64,000 nucleotides of DNA from Minisyncoccota bacterium (GTDB lineage Bacteria > Patescibacteriota > Minisyncoccia > Phycocordibacterales > UBA9973): contig JBAZOQ010000001.1 of the NCBI GenBank assembly GCA_041648595.1, forward strand, positions 14,002 through 78,001, given 5' to 3'. Numbering within the stretch: position 1 is the stretch's first letter; each line of letters begins with the position of its first letter. Below, piece by piece: positions 43,800 through 52,619 of the stretch. The notes under the pieces were generated by a model. It did not search any database. It was not told where the DNA came from and worked only from the letters and a program-made list of their open reading frames with translations. A program made the position numbers and the translations under genes.

Positions 43800-44008
43800 A
43801 AGTTAAATGATAATTGCATCGACAAATACGTAGACTACTACGCATCTACCCTACATATCTATTATATTATAAAAAAAAATATAAATCAAATAAATTTATA
43901 AATAATCAATGCTGAAATTGTTTCAATATTAAGAGATGCAATAAGTAAAGTTTAATTAAATAATTAAAAGTGGTTAATTTTTATAGTTTTTAGTATAATA
44001 TATTATAT

Positions 44009-44542
44009 ATGAATGAATCATTAAAAAATAAAAATGATATAAAAGATAATGAAAAAGGAAGTTTTGAGATAAAAAAACATGGTGGAATTGTTTTAAGAAA
44101 TATTCCTTTTTGCGAAATACTTGAAAACGAAAAAGAATATAAAGAAAGTAAAGAAAGAAAAAAGGCAATTAGTGATCTTTTAAAGATATGGGATCATTTT
44201 TTTATAGCAGAAGTATCAAATAATGTAAAAGGAGCATTGAAAAGCCCCAAAGGTTTTGAAAGATTTATTGATAGTCTTTTAGACGTAAAAGATGATAATT
44301 TTGATTTAAGAAATTTCCTTGAAGGTAGTTTGTCAGAGTTTGAATCGTTGAAGGATTCTTTTGAAACTATAAAAGAAAAATTTTTAGAGGACAGATTAGA
44401 TTTTAAAGATACAGATGATATGGATTTAAATGATGAATTGAAATCTAAATTAGAAACACAACTTAAATGGATAGATGAAAAATTTAAAACAGTAGAAGAT
44501 CTAATTGAATATATCAAATTAAAAATAACAGAATTATTATAA
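44009..44542 (+). CDS. Hypothetical acidic helical protein (177 aa).
   Basis: ORF only. No recognisable motif. Confidence 0.35.
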   Translation: MNESLKNKNDIKDNEKGSFEIKKHGGIVLRNIPFCEILENEKEYKESKERKKAISDLLKIWDHFFIAEVSNNVKGALKSPKGFERFIDSLLDVKDDNFDLRNFLEGSLSEFESLKDSFETIKEKFLEDRLDFKDTDDMDLNDELKSKLETQLKWIDEKFKTVEDLIEYIKLKITELL

Positions 44543-44544
44543 AT

Positions 44545-44619
44545 TGGTGACCCTACAGAGAATCGGACTCTGATTTTATCCTTGAGAAGGATACGTCCTG
44601 ACCGTTAGACGATAGGGCC
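44545..44619 (-). tRNA. tRNA-Glu (anticodon CUC), CCA encoded.
   Basis: Reverse complement GGCCCTATCGTCTAACGGTCAGGACGTATCCTTCTCAAGGATAAAATCAGAGTCCGATTCTCTGTAGGGTCACCA. Confidence 0.8.
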
Positions 44620-44722
44620 ATGTAAAAAATATAGCATTTTTTAGCAAAAAAGAAAAAACGCATAACCAATTGTGTGGAAATACGTTTTTTAGTACGATTG
44701 TGGGTGTACTTATTAAAAATTT

Positions 44723-44902
44723 CTAATTTAGAAGCATATTTTGAGAATAGAGTTCAGAAGATTTTCTGTTTTCTCTTTCTCTTTCTTCTCTTGACCTTCT
44801 TAAGAGGATTACAATTTCCTCTTTTTTCTCTCTTTTGATATTCCTGTGACAGAACATCTTTTTAATCTTGTTCGGTAAATTAACCTTTTTTGATTTGGGC
44901 AT
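44723..44902 (-). CDS. Possible small basic protein (59 aa, MPKSKKVNLPNKIKKMFCHRNIKREKK...) with a good GGAG Shine-Dalgarno.
   Basis: GGAGATACGTTATG context on the minus strand. Not in the track (under 60 aa). Confidence 0.3.
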   Translation of the reverse strand: MPKSKKVNLPNKIKKMFCHRNIKREKKEEIVILLRRSREERERENRKSSELYSQNMLLN

Positions 44903-45068
44903 AACGTATCTCCTTAAAAAATAAAAAATTAGTTAATTTGACTCAATATAAAAGAACATAGAATATTGAATCTGTAAAGATTATACATTACTTTAATATA
45001 AATAGCAATAAAAACTGTGGAAAAGTCTTTTTTTTGTTAGTCTTTCAGTTTTGCTTGCCCGCCCTAAA

Positions 45069-46127
45069 TTAATCTTCATTTTGGTGGGGTTTTTCTATTG
45101 AAAGAGTAGAAAGTTCTGGTGAAGTGCCTGCTATACGAAGCACGTCTTTGTCTATTTTTTTTAATTCTTTATTTGAAGCATTATAGTGATTTACTACAGT
45201 ACCTAAAGCATTACCAAGTTTGTCGTGATATTCATCAAAAGATTTTAAGTGTTTTCCGAGATCTTCCACCTTCTTTATTATTTCTTTTGCCGACTCTTCT
45301 ATTTTGAGAGCTTTGAGTCCTTGTAATACAGTTTGTAAATATGCAAGGAAAGAAGTTGGAGATGTGATGATGACTTTATATTTTCCAGCTGCTCGTTGAA
45401 TCAAATTTTCATTTTCATTGTCGTTTATATTTGCTGCACCAACTTTATTTGTAAGGAGATCATAGTAGATAGCTTCATGTGGAATAAACATAAAAGCGAA
45501 GTCTGTAGTACCTTTTCCAGGTTGTATATATTTTGCAGTTTCTGTAATTCTATTTTTTAGATCATTTATAAAAATTGTTTCTAATTTTTTCTTTTCAGCT
45601 ACATTTTGCTCTTCAGCCATTTTATTATAATTTTCAAGAGAAAATTTTGAATCTATAGGAATTATTTTATCTTTTACAAATACTACAGCATCGACAATAG
45701 TGCCATCTGGAAATGGGTATTGCATTTGATAAGACCCAGGCGGAAGGACATTTTTTAAAACTGTCTCTAGGTAGTATTCACCAAGTATACCTCGTTGTTT
45801 TGGATTTTTTAGTATATCTTGCAGGCTTTGTAGTTGATCAGCAAAAGAAATGACTTGTTTATTCGTCTCATCGAGCCTTGTGAGTCTTTCTGTAACATCA
45901 CGGATTATTTCATTTGATTGAGATGAATGAAATTTTAAACTTTCTTGGACTTGTTTGTGTGATTCTCCAAGTTTATTATCTACTGTGCGAGATAATTCAT
46001 TTAATTGAGTTAGAATAAGGTTTAAACCAGTGTCATTTTCAGGTTTATTATTTTTCTTTTCAAGTAAAAAATATAGAATAATTCCTATTATTAAAACTAT
46101 TATTATAATTATTAAAATGTTTTCCAT
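45069..46127 (-). CDS. rmuC: DNA recombination protein RmuC homolog.
   Basis: N-terminal TM, long coiled coil, C-terminal RmuC nuclease-like region FMFIPHEAIYYDLL. Confidence 0.7.
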   Translation of the reverse strand: MENILIIIIIVLIIGIILYFLLEKKNNKPENDTGLNLILTQLNELSRTVDNKLGESHKQVQESLKFHSSQSNEIIRDVTERLTRLDETNKQVISFADQLQSLQDILKNPKQRGILGEYYLETVLKNVLPPGSYQMQYPFPDGTIVDAVVFVKDKIIPIDSKFSLENYNKMAEEQNVAEKKKLETIFINDLKNRITETAKYIQPGKGTTDFAFMFIPHEAIYYDLLTNKVGAANINDNENENLIQRAAGKYKVIITSPTSFLAYLQTVLQGLKALKIEESAKEIIKKVEDLGKHLKSFDEYHDKLGNALGTVVNHYNASNKELKKIDKDVLRIAGTSPELSTLSIEKPHQNED

Positions 46128-46150
46128 AAATTCTTTTCAAATAAACTATA

Positions 46151-46876
46151 CTATTTTCTCAGATAATATTTTAGTGTATAAATCCAATCTTCATCTTCTC
46201 CATTTTCTTTTTCTTTTGTTTCTAAGAACCATTGTAAATAACCACGATCAATCTTTGAGACATTTTCTACTGTTTTACCCATATGTTTGCCGAAAGAAAA
46301 CGAGTACATAAGTGAAGGTTTAGAAGATATATCAATCATATTTTTTAATACTTCTTTATCACTAATTTGCCCATTGGTGGATTCCTTTTTTATTTTATCA
46401 AAAAGTCTTTCAAATAATTTTTCTAAGACCAATACATCACCTAATGCATCATGTGCCATAGCATCTATTTCTATATCTAAAAAGTATCTGAGGAATTGTA
46501 GTTTATGTTGAGGAAGTTTATTTTCTTTGTCTAGTGCACGAGCTACACGTAATGTGCAAATAATATTTTTAGGATTAATTTTTTCTTTTTTTATTATTGC
46601 TAAATCGAATTTTGCATTATGAGCTACTAGTATAGAATCTTTATCTTCAAAAAGATTTTTTATTTTTTTGTAATCATTACTTTCTTGAAAAGATACTTTG
46701 TTTTCTACCATTTTATTTGTTATGTGATGTACAGCAGAAGCTTCTGCAGGAATTTTTATTTCTGGTTTATATAACTCACAAAATGTTTCATTGTTGGTTT
46801 TATAAGCTAGTTGGCACAAAAAATCTGTATTATTTACACCTGTAGTTTCTGTATCAAAAAATATAATCTTTTGCAT
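46151..46876 (-). CDS. DnaQ-like 3'-5' exonuclease (DEDDh) with ExoX-type C-terminal domain.
   Basis: Exo I FFDTETTG, Exo II VAHNAKFDLAII, Exo III HDALGDVLVL. C-terminal FGKHMGKTVENVSKIDRGYLQWFL. Confidence 0.75.
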   Translation of the reverse strand: MQKIIFFDTETTGVNNTDFLCQLAYKTNNETFCELYKPEIKIPAEASAVHHITNKMVENKVSFQESNDYKKIKNLFEDKDSILVAHNAKFDLAIIKKEKINPKNIICTLRVARALDKENKLPQHKLQFLRYFLDIEIDAMAHDALGDVLVLEKLFERLFDKIKKESTNGQISDKEVLKNMIDISSKPSLMYSFSFGKHMGKTVENVSKIDRGYLQWFLETKEKENGEDEDWIYTLKYYLRK

Positions 46877-46896
46877 AGTGTTATTTTAGCATATTT

Positions 46897-46905
46897 TTGG
46901 TATAA
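46897..46905 (+). promoter_or_regulatory. Extended -10 promoter TGGTATAAT ending 7 nt before the yqeY ATG (46913). Predicted leaderless transcript.
   Basis: Perfect TGnTATAAT. Spacing to ATG equals the usual -10-to-TSS distance. No Shine-Dalgarno. Confidence 0.5.
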
Positions 46906-46912
46906 TGTAATA

Positions 46913-47368
46913 ATGTTACACGAGCAAATAAAAAATAATATAAAAGACGCTATGTTGGCAAAAAATATTGTTTTGCTTGAGACTTTACGTTCTATGATAG
47001 CTTCATTTACGAATGAACTTATTTCAAAGTCGAGGAAACCTAATGAATTTTTGTCTAATGAAGAAGTGATAGCAGTGATAACTCGTCTGGCAAAGCAAAG
47101 AAAAGATTCTATAGAACAATATTCAAAAGGTAATCGCCAAGATTTAGTTGATGAGGAATCAGCGCAGTTGGTTATTTTAGAGACTTATTTACCTAAATTG
47201 ATGGAAAAAAGTGAGATAGAAAAAATTGCGAAAGATAAAAAAGAAGAGCTTGGTATTAATGACGGAATAAAAAAGGGAATGTTGATGCAAGCTTTAATGA
47301 AAGAATTGAAAGGTAAAGCGGATGGAGCAGTTGTGAAAGAAGTCGTAGATAATCTTTTTAAAATTTAA
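46913..47368 (+). CDS. yqeY: GatB/YqeY domain-containing protein.
   Basis: MLHEQIKNNIKDAMLAKN....ETYLPK...QALMKELKGKADGAVVKEVV. The track start 46811 (antisense overlap with the exonuclease gene) is rejected. Confidence 0.7.
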   Translation: MLHEQIKNNIKDAMLAKNIVLLETLRSMIASFTNELISKSRKPNEFLSNEEVIAVITRLAKQRKDSIEQYSKGNRQDLVDEESAQLVILETYLPKLMEKSEIEKIAKDKKEELGINDGIKKGMLMQALMKELKGKADGAVVKEVVDNLFKI

Positions 47369-47371
47369 AGT

Positions 47372-47995
47372 ATGTATACAGTTAATTTTTTAACTACTTT
47401 AGTAGAAAACCATCAGATATTAGCTTATCTTGTTATTTTTCTTGGGCTCATATTTGAAGGAGAGGTAGTTGTCATTAGCACTGGAGTTTTAGCTTATCTT
47501 GGAGCTTTGGATTTTACATTATCACTTATTTTTATTTTTGCCGGTAGTTTCGTAAAAACTTTTGCTTTGTATTATATAGGGGAAGTAATGAATTCTAAAT
47601 TTAGTCACAGTAAATTTTTTCAATATATAGAAAGGAGAGTATTTTATTTTATGCCGAGATTTAAACAAAAACCTTTTTGGTCTATTTTTCTTTCAAAATT
47701 TATTATGGGGACGAATTATTTGGTTATTTTATTTTCTGGATATAACAGAATCAGCATGAAGACTTTTATAAAAGCAGAAATTATTTCTACCATTATTTGG
47801 GCGCCAGCGCTTTTATCATTGGGATATTTTTTCAGTCAGACAGCTCTTGCTTTCAGTAAGGAAATAAGTAAGTTCTCTTTTATTATTCTTGTTTTATTGA
47901 TAGTATTTTTACTTTTTGATAAATTAATGGCTGCTTTTTATAGAGTTTTTGAGTTTTTAAAGAATACTACTAGTAATAACAATGGAAATGAATAA
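47372..47995 (+). CDS. DedA/SNARE-associated family membrane protein (putative).
   Basis: VIFLGLIFEGEVVVISTGVLAYLG and overall topology. Confidence 0.45.
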   Translation: MYTVNFLTTLVENHQILAYLVIFLGLIFEGEVVVISTGVLAYLGALDFTLSLIFIFAGSFVKTFALYYIGEVMNSKFSHSKFFQYIERRVFYFMPRFKQKPFWSIFLSKFIMGTNYLVILFSGYNRISMKTFIKAEIISTIIWAPALLSLGYFFSQTALAFSKEISKFSFIILVLLIVFLLFDKLMAAFYRVFEFLKNTTSNNNGNE

Positions 47996-48902
47996 AATAC
48001 ATTCGAATACCTCAGTATTAAAAAAATTAATTACACACAATGGATCTTTTCATACGGATGATGTTTTTGCTGCAGCGACACTTTCCTTAGTGTTAGAAAA
48101 AATGGGAGAAGATTTTGAAATAATTCGTACGCGTGATGAGGAAATTATAAAAAATGGTGATTATGTTTTTGATGTAGGTGGAATTTATGATGAAGAGAAA
48201 AATAGATTTGATCATCATCAAAAAGGTGGAGCTGGTAAAAGATACGAAATAGAATATTCTTCATTTGGTTTGGTTTGGAAGAAATATGGTATAGAACTAA
48301 CAGAATCAGAAAAGATAGTTGAAATAGTAGATAGACATCTCGTGGCTCCTATAGATGCATCAGATAATGGTATTGATTTAGTAGAAAGTAAACATAAAAT
48401 TTTTCCATACTTAATTCAAGATTTTTTTAGAATAATGCGACCTACTTGGAGAGAAACTAATTCTAATATTAATGAAATGTTTTTTAAAAGTGTAGAAATT
48501 GCGAAAGAAATTTTATTACGGGAAATAATTTATGCAAAAGATGCTATCTTAGCTGATGAAGCAATTTTATCAATATACAATAATACAAAAGATAAAAGAT
48601 TTATTGTTTTAGATAAAAATTATGCAAAAAAAGAAATTTTAGAAAAGCTTACTGGAACTCTTTTTGTAGTTTATCCTAGAGAAACTAGTAATACTTGGGG
48701 TGTTGAAGCAATAAGAAAGGATTTTAAAAGTTTTGAAAATAAAAAAAATTTACCAACAAAATGGGGAGGATTTAGAGATGAAGAATTACAAAATATTACA
48801 GGTGTAAAAGATGCAGTATTTTGTCATAAAGCATTATTTATTGCAGTGGCAAAAACAAAAGAAGGAGCGATTAAATTAGCAGAATTAGCAATTTTAAGGT
48901 AA
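47982..48902 (+). CDS. MYG1/UPF0160-family metal-dependent hydrolase.
   Basis: THNGSFHTDDVFAAATL and DHHQKGG motifs. Confidence 0.65.
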   Translation: MEMNKIHSNTSVLKKLITHNGSFHTDDVFAAATLSLVLEKMGEDFEIIRTRDEEIIKNGDYVFDVGGIYDEEKNRFDHHQKGGAGKRYEIEYSSFGLVWKKYGIELTESEKIVEIVDRHLVAPIDASDNGIDLVESKHKIFPYLIQDFFRIMRPTWRETNSNINEMFFKSVEIAKEILLREIIYAKDAILADEAILSIYNNTKDKRFIVLDKNYAKKEILEKLTGTLFVVYPRETSNTWGVEAIRKDFKSFENKKNLPTKWGGFRDEELQNITGVKDAVFCHKALFIAVAKTKEGAIKLAELAILR

Positions 48903-48945
48903 ATTATATCTAGTGCCTAGTGCCTAAAGCCTAGTGCCTATTAAC

Positions 48946-49977
48946 ATGGCATTTATAGATGAAATAAAAATATATGGAGAAGCTGGAACTGGTGGGAACG
49001 GTGTTGTTAGATGGCGTCAAGAGAAATTTATACCGAAAGGTGGACCTGCAGGAGGCGATGGTGGACGTGGTGGAGATTTTTATGCGCAGGCTGTTCGCGA
49101 TGTACACATACTTTCAAAATATAAAGCAAAAAAAAGTTTTTACGCAGAAAAAGGTGAGGATGGTGGTAATAAAAGTTTACATGGCAAAAAAGGAGAAGAT
49201 TTCTTTTTGGAATTACCAATAGGATCTATCATTACAAATTTAGATACAGATGAGAGATGGCAGTTACTAAAAGAAGGAGAGAAAATTTTATTATTAAAAG
49301 GTGGGTATGGTGGATTTGGAAATGAACATTTTAAAAGTTCTACTAATACGACTCCAAAAGAATGGCGTCCTGGAGAAGAAGGTGAACATGCTAATTTTCA
49401 TATAGAATTAGAACTTTTTGCTGACATAGGGTTAGTTGGGCTTCCTAATGCCGGTAAATCATCTCTACTTAACTCCATAACGAATGCAGATGCAAAAGTG
49501 GGTGATTATGCCTTTACAACCCTAGATCCTAACCTAGGAGACTTTTATGACTATACCATTGCTGATATCCCAGGACTTATAGAAGGTGCAAATACAGGAA
49601 AAGGATTAGGTGTTAAATTTTTGAGACATATAAAACGTACAAAAATGATTGCGCACCTTGTTTCTTTTGAGAATTTATCTAAGGGTTCTACGGGAATGAT
49701 GAAAGTTTATAAAGAAATTCGTAAAGAATTAGAAAAATATGATAAGAATTTGAAACTCGGAGAGGATGGGTTATCTTTAAAAGATGAAATCATTATTTTG
49801 ACTAAATCTGATATTGTAGAAGATAAAAAAATAATAGAAAGAGAAAAAGATAAATTTAAAAAAATACTTGCCCGTTCTTCTGGTGGAAGTAAAAAAGTTT
49901 TTGTGCTTTCTTTATTTGATGATGATAGTGTAAAAAATTTACGAGATGAACTAGTGAAAATTCTACAAAAGAAATAA
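48946..49977 (+). CDS. obg: GTPase Obg/CgtA.
   Basis: Obg fold N-terminus MAFIDEIKIYGEAGTGGNGVVRWRQEKFIPKGGPAGGDGGRGGDFY. G1 GLPNAGKSSLL, G3 DIPG. The track GTG start 48934 lies inside the CCTAGTG repeat block. Confidence 0.85.
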   Translation: MAFIDEIKIYGEAGTGGNGVVRWRQEKFIPKGGPAGGDGGRGGDFYAQAVRDVHILSKYKAKKSFYAEKGEDGGNKSLHGKKGEDFFLELPIGSIITNLDTDERWQLLKEGEKILLLKGGYGGFGNEHFKSSTNTTPKEWRPGEEGEHANFHIELELFADIGLVGLPNAGKSSLLNSITNADAKVGDYAFTTLDPNLGDFYDYTIADIPGLIEGANTGKGLGVKFLRHIKRTKMIAHLVSFENLSKGSTGMMKVYKEIRKELEKYDKNLKLGEDGLSLKDEIIILTKSDIVEDKKIIEREKDKFKKILARSSGGSKKVFVLSLFDDDSVKNLRDELVKILQKK

Positions 49978-49988
49978 AATCCACAGAG

Positions 49989-50030
49989 GCGTTGCCTCTG
50001 TGGATTATGGATATTTTTATTTAAAAACAT
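49989..50030 (+). terminator. Terminator-like perfect 12-bp hairpin ATCCACAGAGGC-gtt-GCCTCTGTGGAT followed by an A/T-rich tract after obg.
   Basis: Read directly. May also terminate a convergent minus-strand small ORF. Confidence 0.6.
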
Positions 50031-50218
50031 AATATAGCATAAAAAATACCACTGGTGCTACAAAAAAGACGATAAAGAAAAATAAATTCATTTTTTTCTT
50101 TTTCTTTTCGTATTTTTCTTGTTTCTCTCTTTCCGAAAAATATATCATTTTTAGCTCCTTTTAAGTAAGTTTACTATGAATTTCTAATTTAGAGGTTAAC
50201 ATAAATATTAATTTAATC

Positions 50219-50260
50219 AACTGTCTACCAACCTTACATATGAAAAGATAGTAGACAGTT
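50219..50260. promoter_or_regulatory. 42-bp palindrome AACTGTCTAC-caaccTTACATATGAAAAgata-GTAGACAGTT upstream of the PaaX-like regulator gene. Candidate operator.
   Basis: Perfect 10-bp arms. A related palindrome lies downstream of the gene at 50900-50933. Confidence 0.5.
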
Positions 50261-50287
50261 AGGAATAGTTTCTATATAATGAATATT

Positions 50288-50857
50288 ATGAAAGGAGAAA
50301 TTATTTATAAAATTTTGTCTGTTTTACAAGAAAAAACTTTTTCTGTTATAGACTTAGTTGATGTTTTTGTTAGTTCAGGATATGGAGCAAATATTAACAA
50401 AATAGAATATGAATTTAATAAGAAAAATAAAAAAAGAATTAATAATCAAATAGATAAAGAAAAAATAAGAAAAATAAAAAGATATTTATATAAACTTGAA
50501 AAAGAAGGACTTATATTGAAAAATTTATCAATGAAAATAAATCTGACTCAAAAAGGTAAAAATAAATTAAGTGTATTTAAAAAATCTTTCTTATTAAATA
50601 AAACTAAATATAAAAGAGAAAAAAGTGAAAATATAATTGTAATTAGTTATGATATACCAATAGCATTTAATAAAGAGAGAAATATATTAAGAGATATGTT
50701 GAGATATTTAGATTTTAATTTAATTCATAAGAGTGTTTGGGTTGGGAAAACAAAATTACCAAAAGAGCTGATTGTTGATTTAGAGAATCTTGGAATTTTA
50801 GATTATTTAGAAATTTTAGAAGTTACAAAAAATGGGAGTTTAAAATCAAAAAATTAA
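50288..50857 (+). CDS. Winged-helix transcriptional regulator, PaaX-like (N-terminal wHTH plus C-terminal W..V.SYDIP...R..LR..L..LGF..L..SVWV domain).
   Basis: LYKLEKEGLILKN wHTH recognition region. IIVISYDIPIAFNKERNILRDMLRYLDFNLIHKSVWVGK resembles the PaaX middle domain. TATATAAT at 50273-50280 lies 7 nt before ATG 50288, so a leaderless start is preferred over the track's 50279. Confidence 0.5.
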   Translation: MKGEIIYKILSVLQEKTFSVIDLVDVFVSSGYGANINKIEYEFNKKNKKRINNQIDKEKIRKIKRYLYKLEKEGLILKNLSMKINLTQKGKNKLSVFKKSFLLNKTKYKREKSENIIVISYDIPIAFNKERNILRDMLRYLDFNLIHKSVWVGKTKLPKELIVDLENLGILDYLEILEVTKNGSLKSKN

Positions 50858-50899
50858 TTTTTTGATTAAGATTAATTAATATTAGAATTTTTAAAATTT

Positions 50900-50933
50900 G
50901 TCTACTATCTTTACATATGTAAACTTAGTAGAC
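50900..50933. promoter_or_regulatory. 34-bp palindrome GTCTACTA-TCTTTACATATGTAAAC-TTAGTAGAC downstream of the PaaX-like gene, related to the upstream palindrome.
   Basis: Shares GTCTAC..TTACATATG(T/A)AAA..GTAGAC with 50219-50260. Confidence 0.5.
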
Positions 50934-51010
50934 AAAAATGAGATTTATTTAAAATATATATTTTTTGATTTATATTAGCCAATTTAATTTTTATTTTATA
51001 TAATGGAACT

Positions 51011-52546
51011 ATGGAGAAAAAATATTATCCTACAATTGGATTAGAAATTCATGCAGAACTTAAAACAAATACAAAAATGTTTTGTAGTTGTAAGAATAAT
51101 CCTGATGAAGAAAAACCAAACATAAACATTTGTCCAGTCTGTATGGCTCATCCTGGTACTTTGCCTGTAATAAATAAAAAGGCTATAGAAAATGTTATAA
51201 AAGTTGGTTTAGCTATTGGTGGAGATATTGCAGATTTTACTGAGTTTGATCGTAAAAATTATTTTTACCCAGATATTCCAAAAGGGTATCAAATTTCTCA
51301 ATATAAATATCCAATAATTTCTGGAGGACATCTTGCAGATTTTGATGTGACGCGTGTGCATCTAGAAGAAGATACAGCAAATAATAAACATAGAGATGAA
51401 AAATTTACAGACGTTGGACGTCTGTTACAGACGTCCAACGTCTGTAAAGAAGGATATTCTCTTGTTGATTTTAATCGCGCAGGCGTGCCTTTAATGGAGC
51501 TTGTCACGGAACCACATACTTTTAAAACTGATACTGATGCAGCAAAAGCAGCATCTTTATTTGCGAAAGAACTTCAGCTTATACTTTGGTATTTAGGTGT
51601 TTCTGAAGCAAATATGGAAAAAGGTGAAATGCGAGTAGAAGCGAATATTTCTGTTTCTGATAACATAAAAGCTTTTGAGCTTAATCAGCCAGTCGGATTG
51701 TCAGGAAGAATGGAAGCCATTGCTTCTTTAGGTACAAAGGTAGAAGTAAAAAATTTAAATTCATTTAAAAGTGTCGAGAAAGCTATCAAATTTGAATTAG
51801 ACAGAATGATTGCTCTTTATGAAGAAGGAAAAGCAGATGAAATAGTGCAAGAGACTAGAGGTTGGGATGAGAGTAAACAGAAAACATTCTCACAAAGAAA
51901 AAAGGAATCTAGTCATGATTATAGATATTTTCCAGAACCAGATTTACCAAAAATGAAATTGCATGAAGTTTTTAATTTAAAAGCAATGGAAAAAGTATTA
52001 CCAGAATTACCTCAAGCAAAAAGACTAAGATATAAAAATGATTTTGGAGTAAAAAAGGAAGATATTGAAAGTTATATTAATGATAAAGAATTAGGAGGAT
52101 GGTTTGAAGAAATAGCAAAATCATTAAATGATTCTGAAAAAATAAAAATTGCTTCAAATTATATTACCTCTGATTATTTGGGTTTAAAGAAAGCCAACTT
52201 GGAGGCAAGGCCTCCAAGTGCTGCAAATTTTGCTGAATTAATAAACTTAGTTACTGAAAGTAAAATTTCTTCTCGTTCAGCAAAAGACATTTTAGCGATG
52301 ATTGTATTGAAAGATGAATCTTCACTCAAAATTGCAACAGAAAAAGGTTTACTTCAAAAAAATGATGAGGGAGAAATAAGAAATTTAGTTCAAAAGATAA
52401 TTTCTGAAAATCCTGAAGTAGTGGCTATTTATAAAGGTGGAAAAGAAAATGCAATTATGTCTCTTGTTGGAAAAATTATAAAAGAAAGTAATGGCAGTGC
52501 CAATCCACAAATAGTTATCAAAATGTTGAAAGAAATGTTAAAATAA
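51011..52546 (+). CDS. gatB: Asp-tRNA(Asn)/Glu-tRNA(Gln) amidotransferase subunit B, with two in-frame palindromic insertions.
   Basis: N-terminus YYPTIGLEIHAELKTNTKMFCSC..NINICPVCMAHPGTLP and C-terminal YqeY-like domain. No gatA or gatC in the window. Confidence 0.85.
   Translation: MEKKYYPTIGLEIHAELKTNTKMFCSCKNNPDEEKPNINICPVCMAHPGTLPVINKKAIENVIKVGLAIGGDIADFTEFDRKNYFYPDIPKGYQISQYKYPIISGGHLADFDVTRVHLEEDTANNKHRDEKFTDVGRLLQTSNVCKEGYSLVDFNRAGVPLMELVTEPHTFKTDTDAAKAASLFAKELQLILWYLGVSEANMEKGEMRVEANISVSDNIKAFELNQPVGLSGRMEAIASLGTKVEVKNLNSFKSVEKAIKFELDRMIALYEEGKADEIVQETRGWDESKQKTFSQRKKESSHDYRYFPEPDLPKMKLHEVFNLKAMEKVLPELPQAKRLRYKNDFGVKKEDIESYINDKELGGWFEEIAKSLNDSEKIKIASNYITSDYLGLKKANLEARPPSAANFAELINLVTESKISSRSAKDILAMIVLKDESSLKIATEKGLLQKNDEGEIRNLVQKIISENPEVVAIYKGGKENAIMSLVGKIIKESNGSANPQIVIKMLKEMLK
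51405..51447 (+). repeat. Perfect 43-bp palindrome TTACAGACGTTGGACGTCTGT-t-ACAGACGTCCAACGTCTGTAA (21-bp arms) inside gatB. Translated as FTDVGRLLQTSNVCKEG.
   Basis: Read directly. GC-rich relative to its surroundings. Confidence 0.8.
52198..52218 (+). repeat. REP-1-variant palindrome CTTGGAGGCAAGGCCTCCAAG in frame in gatB (ANLEARPPSAA).
   Basis: Same stem-CAAGG-stem architecture as REP-1, with compensatory stem changes. Confidence 0.6.
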
Positions 52547-52555
52547 AGAGACTTG

Positions 52556-52619
52556 TCCCGTTAGAAATTCAGCGGACATGTTATAATGATAATGTTATTA
52601 ATTTAAAATTTCTAATGAG
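52556..52619 (+). mobile_element. MITE-like TIR element, family 1 copy e (subfamily c/e). 5' (ACTTG)TCCCGTTAGAAATTCAGCGGACATG, internal TTATAAT, 3' AAATTTCTAATGAG abutting the fba ATG 52620.
   Basis: About 85% identical to copy c over its length. Confidence 0.5.

Noticed and set aside
46811-46912. Track start of the yqeY ORF at 46811 overlapping the exonuclease gene on the other strand.
   Set aside because: The conserved GatB/YqeY N-terminus begins at ATG 46913, which is preceded by a perfect extended -10 box. The upstream part (MAQKICIIYTCSFCIKKYNLL...) is antisense to the exonuclease N-terminus.
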